Shown here one piece after another: positions 63,422 through 64,000 of a stretch of 64,000 nt of DNA. Positions within the stretch are counted from its first letter, which is position 1. Every line of letters starts with the position of its first letter. The stretch comes from an uncultured Actinomycetes bacterium. Its GTDB lineage: Bacteria; Actinomycetota; Thermoleophilia; Gaiellales; Gaiellaceae. A program made the position numbers and the translations under genes. The notes beneath the pieces are model-generated. The model was not told the origin of the DNA and did not search any database. It saw nothing but the letters and a program-made list of their open reading frames with translations. The stretch lies in NCBI GenBank assembly GCA_963717475.1, contig OY970337.1, positions 2,629,653 through 2,693,652 of the forward strand, written 5' to 3'.

Positions 63422-64000
63422 GTGGTGAGCATCACCTGGTGGCCGGTGTTGCCCGGCCGCTCCAGGGTCACGACCCAGCCGTCGAAGCGCCCGAGGTTGT
63501 ACGGCGCGTTCAGCCGGACGGTGGCCGTGGAGCCGTGCACGTTGAACGTCCCGCAGGTGGCGGCGATCTTGCCGTGGCGCGTCAGGAACATCTCGTAGTA
63601 GCCGTTCCTGGGCGGGCTCGGCAGGTGGCTGACCTTGACCTGCAGCGGCCAGTTGCCCTGGCTGTCGAGCTGGCCGATGTCGATCGTCCCGGACGCGGTC
63701 TGCGCCGCGCCGACGCCGTGCATCGGCACCGCCTTGACGGAGCTGAAGTTGTCCCCGTTCGTGCGGCCGGCGATGAACCCGCCGAGGAACGCGGCCAGCG
63801 CGAGCGCCGCGGCGAGGGCGAGGACGGCGCCGGTGCGGCGGCGCGGAAGCCCGGTCGGCTCATCGTCGAGCTCCGTGGACGGCTCCGCCAGCGCAGGCGG
63901 AAGCTCCGGCGGCGGGCCGGCGGCGATCAGAAGATCGTGCACTTGCTCGAGGCGGTCGCGCTCCTCGGGGGTCAGGTCCTCGCCCACGAGGTCGCGAAAG
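63418..64000 (-). CDS. Anti-sigma factor with RskA-type C-terminal domain (ORF open to window end; N-terminus possibly outside)
   Basis: ..TGAVLALAAALALAAFLGGFIAG (TM), then ..GTIDIGQLDSQGNWPLQVKVSHLPSPPRNGYYEMFLTRHGKIAATCGTFNV..VTLE, typical of the anti-sigma-K RskA C-terminal domain. The frame stays open from 63987 to 64000. Confidence 0.6.
   Translation of the reverse strand, partial: FRDLVGEDLTPEERDRLEQVHDLLIAAGPPPELPPALAEPSTELDDEPTGLPRRRTGAVLALAAALALAAFLGGFIAGRTNGDNFSSVKAVPMHGVGAAQTASGTIDIGQLDSQGNWPLQVKVSHLPSPPRNGYYEMFLTRHGKIAATCGTFNVHGSTATVRLNAPYNLGRFDGWVVTLERPGNTGHQVMLTT

Noticed and set aside
1-64000. Search for transposases, IS inverted repeats, integrases, rRNA genes, CRISPR arrays, toxin-antitoxin pairs or recognisable defence systems
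   Set aside because: None of the plausible ORFs shows DDE/HUH, tyrosine or serine recombinase, Cas, restriction-modification or TA hallmarks. The only nuclease-like gene is the small Toprim protein at 62909..63421, which stands alone without an ATPase partner.

Overview
Very GC-rich chromosomal segment; third codon positions are almost all G/C. This produces many long, spurious Arg/Ala/Pro-rich ORFs antisense to the real genes. By inference it comes from a monoderm Actinomycetota-like organism (Thermoleophilia/Rubrobacteria-type gene content); no taxonomic search was possible. I support about 65 protein genes and one tRNA-Thr(CGU). I saw no rRNA, CRISPR array, transposase or integrase.

Main blocks:
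- 1-21.5 kb: housekeeping and envelope genes. These include nrdJ (partial), an MMPL transporter, two paralogous adenylate-cyclase/NTPase/TPR signalling proteins, an O-antigen-ligase-like protein, a cytochrome c, tmk and holB.
- 21.7-25.9 kb: amylo-alpha-1,6-glucosidase, an SCP2 protein and an MFS pump.
- 26.4-30.5 kb: a translationally coupled operon. It encodes a MauE-like membrane protein, a membrane-anchored CxxC thioredoxin-like protein, a secreted 12-Cys/4-Trp small protein, a polytopic membrane protein with two intramembrane Cys, an ABM-like protein and a PLC/AcpA-type phosphoesterase. I consider this the best candidate for an undescribed system.
- 33.9-43.5 kb: a complete Gram-positive-type Tad/Flp pilus locus (flp, tadE, tadG-like, cpaB, tadZ, tadA, tadB, tadC). 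It has an extracytoplasmic VWA domain fused to TadB and a 478-codon charged coiled-coil gene after tadC.
- 45.6-53.2 kb: a hopanoid cluster (hpnC-hpnD-hpnE-shc-hpnH-hpnG-ispH).
- 53.3-56.3 kb: a CopC/CopD-centred membrane cluster.
- 56.2-64 kb: cell-wall enzymes, an S8 protease with a (VSWSD)n tail, a kynureninase-like enzyme, thyX, a small Toprim protein and an anti-sigma factor.

A striking technical or biological feature is at least eight apparent single-nucleotide (+1) frameshifts in otherwise well-conserved genes. All are in the same direction, which points to insertion-type sequence errors rather than true gene decay.
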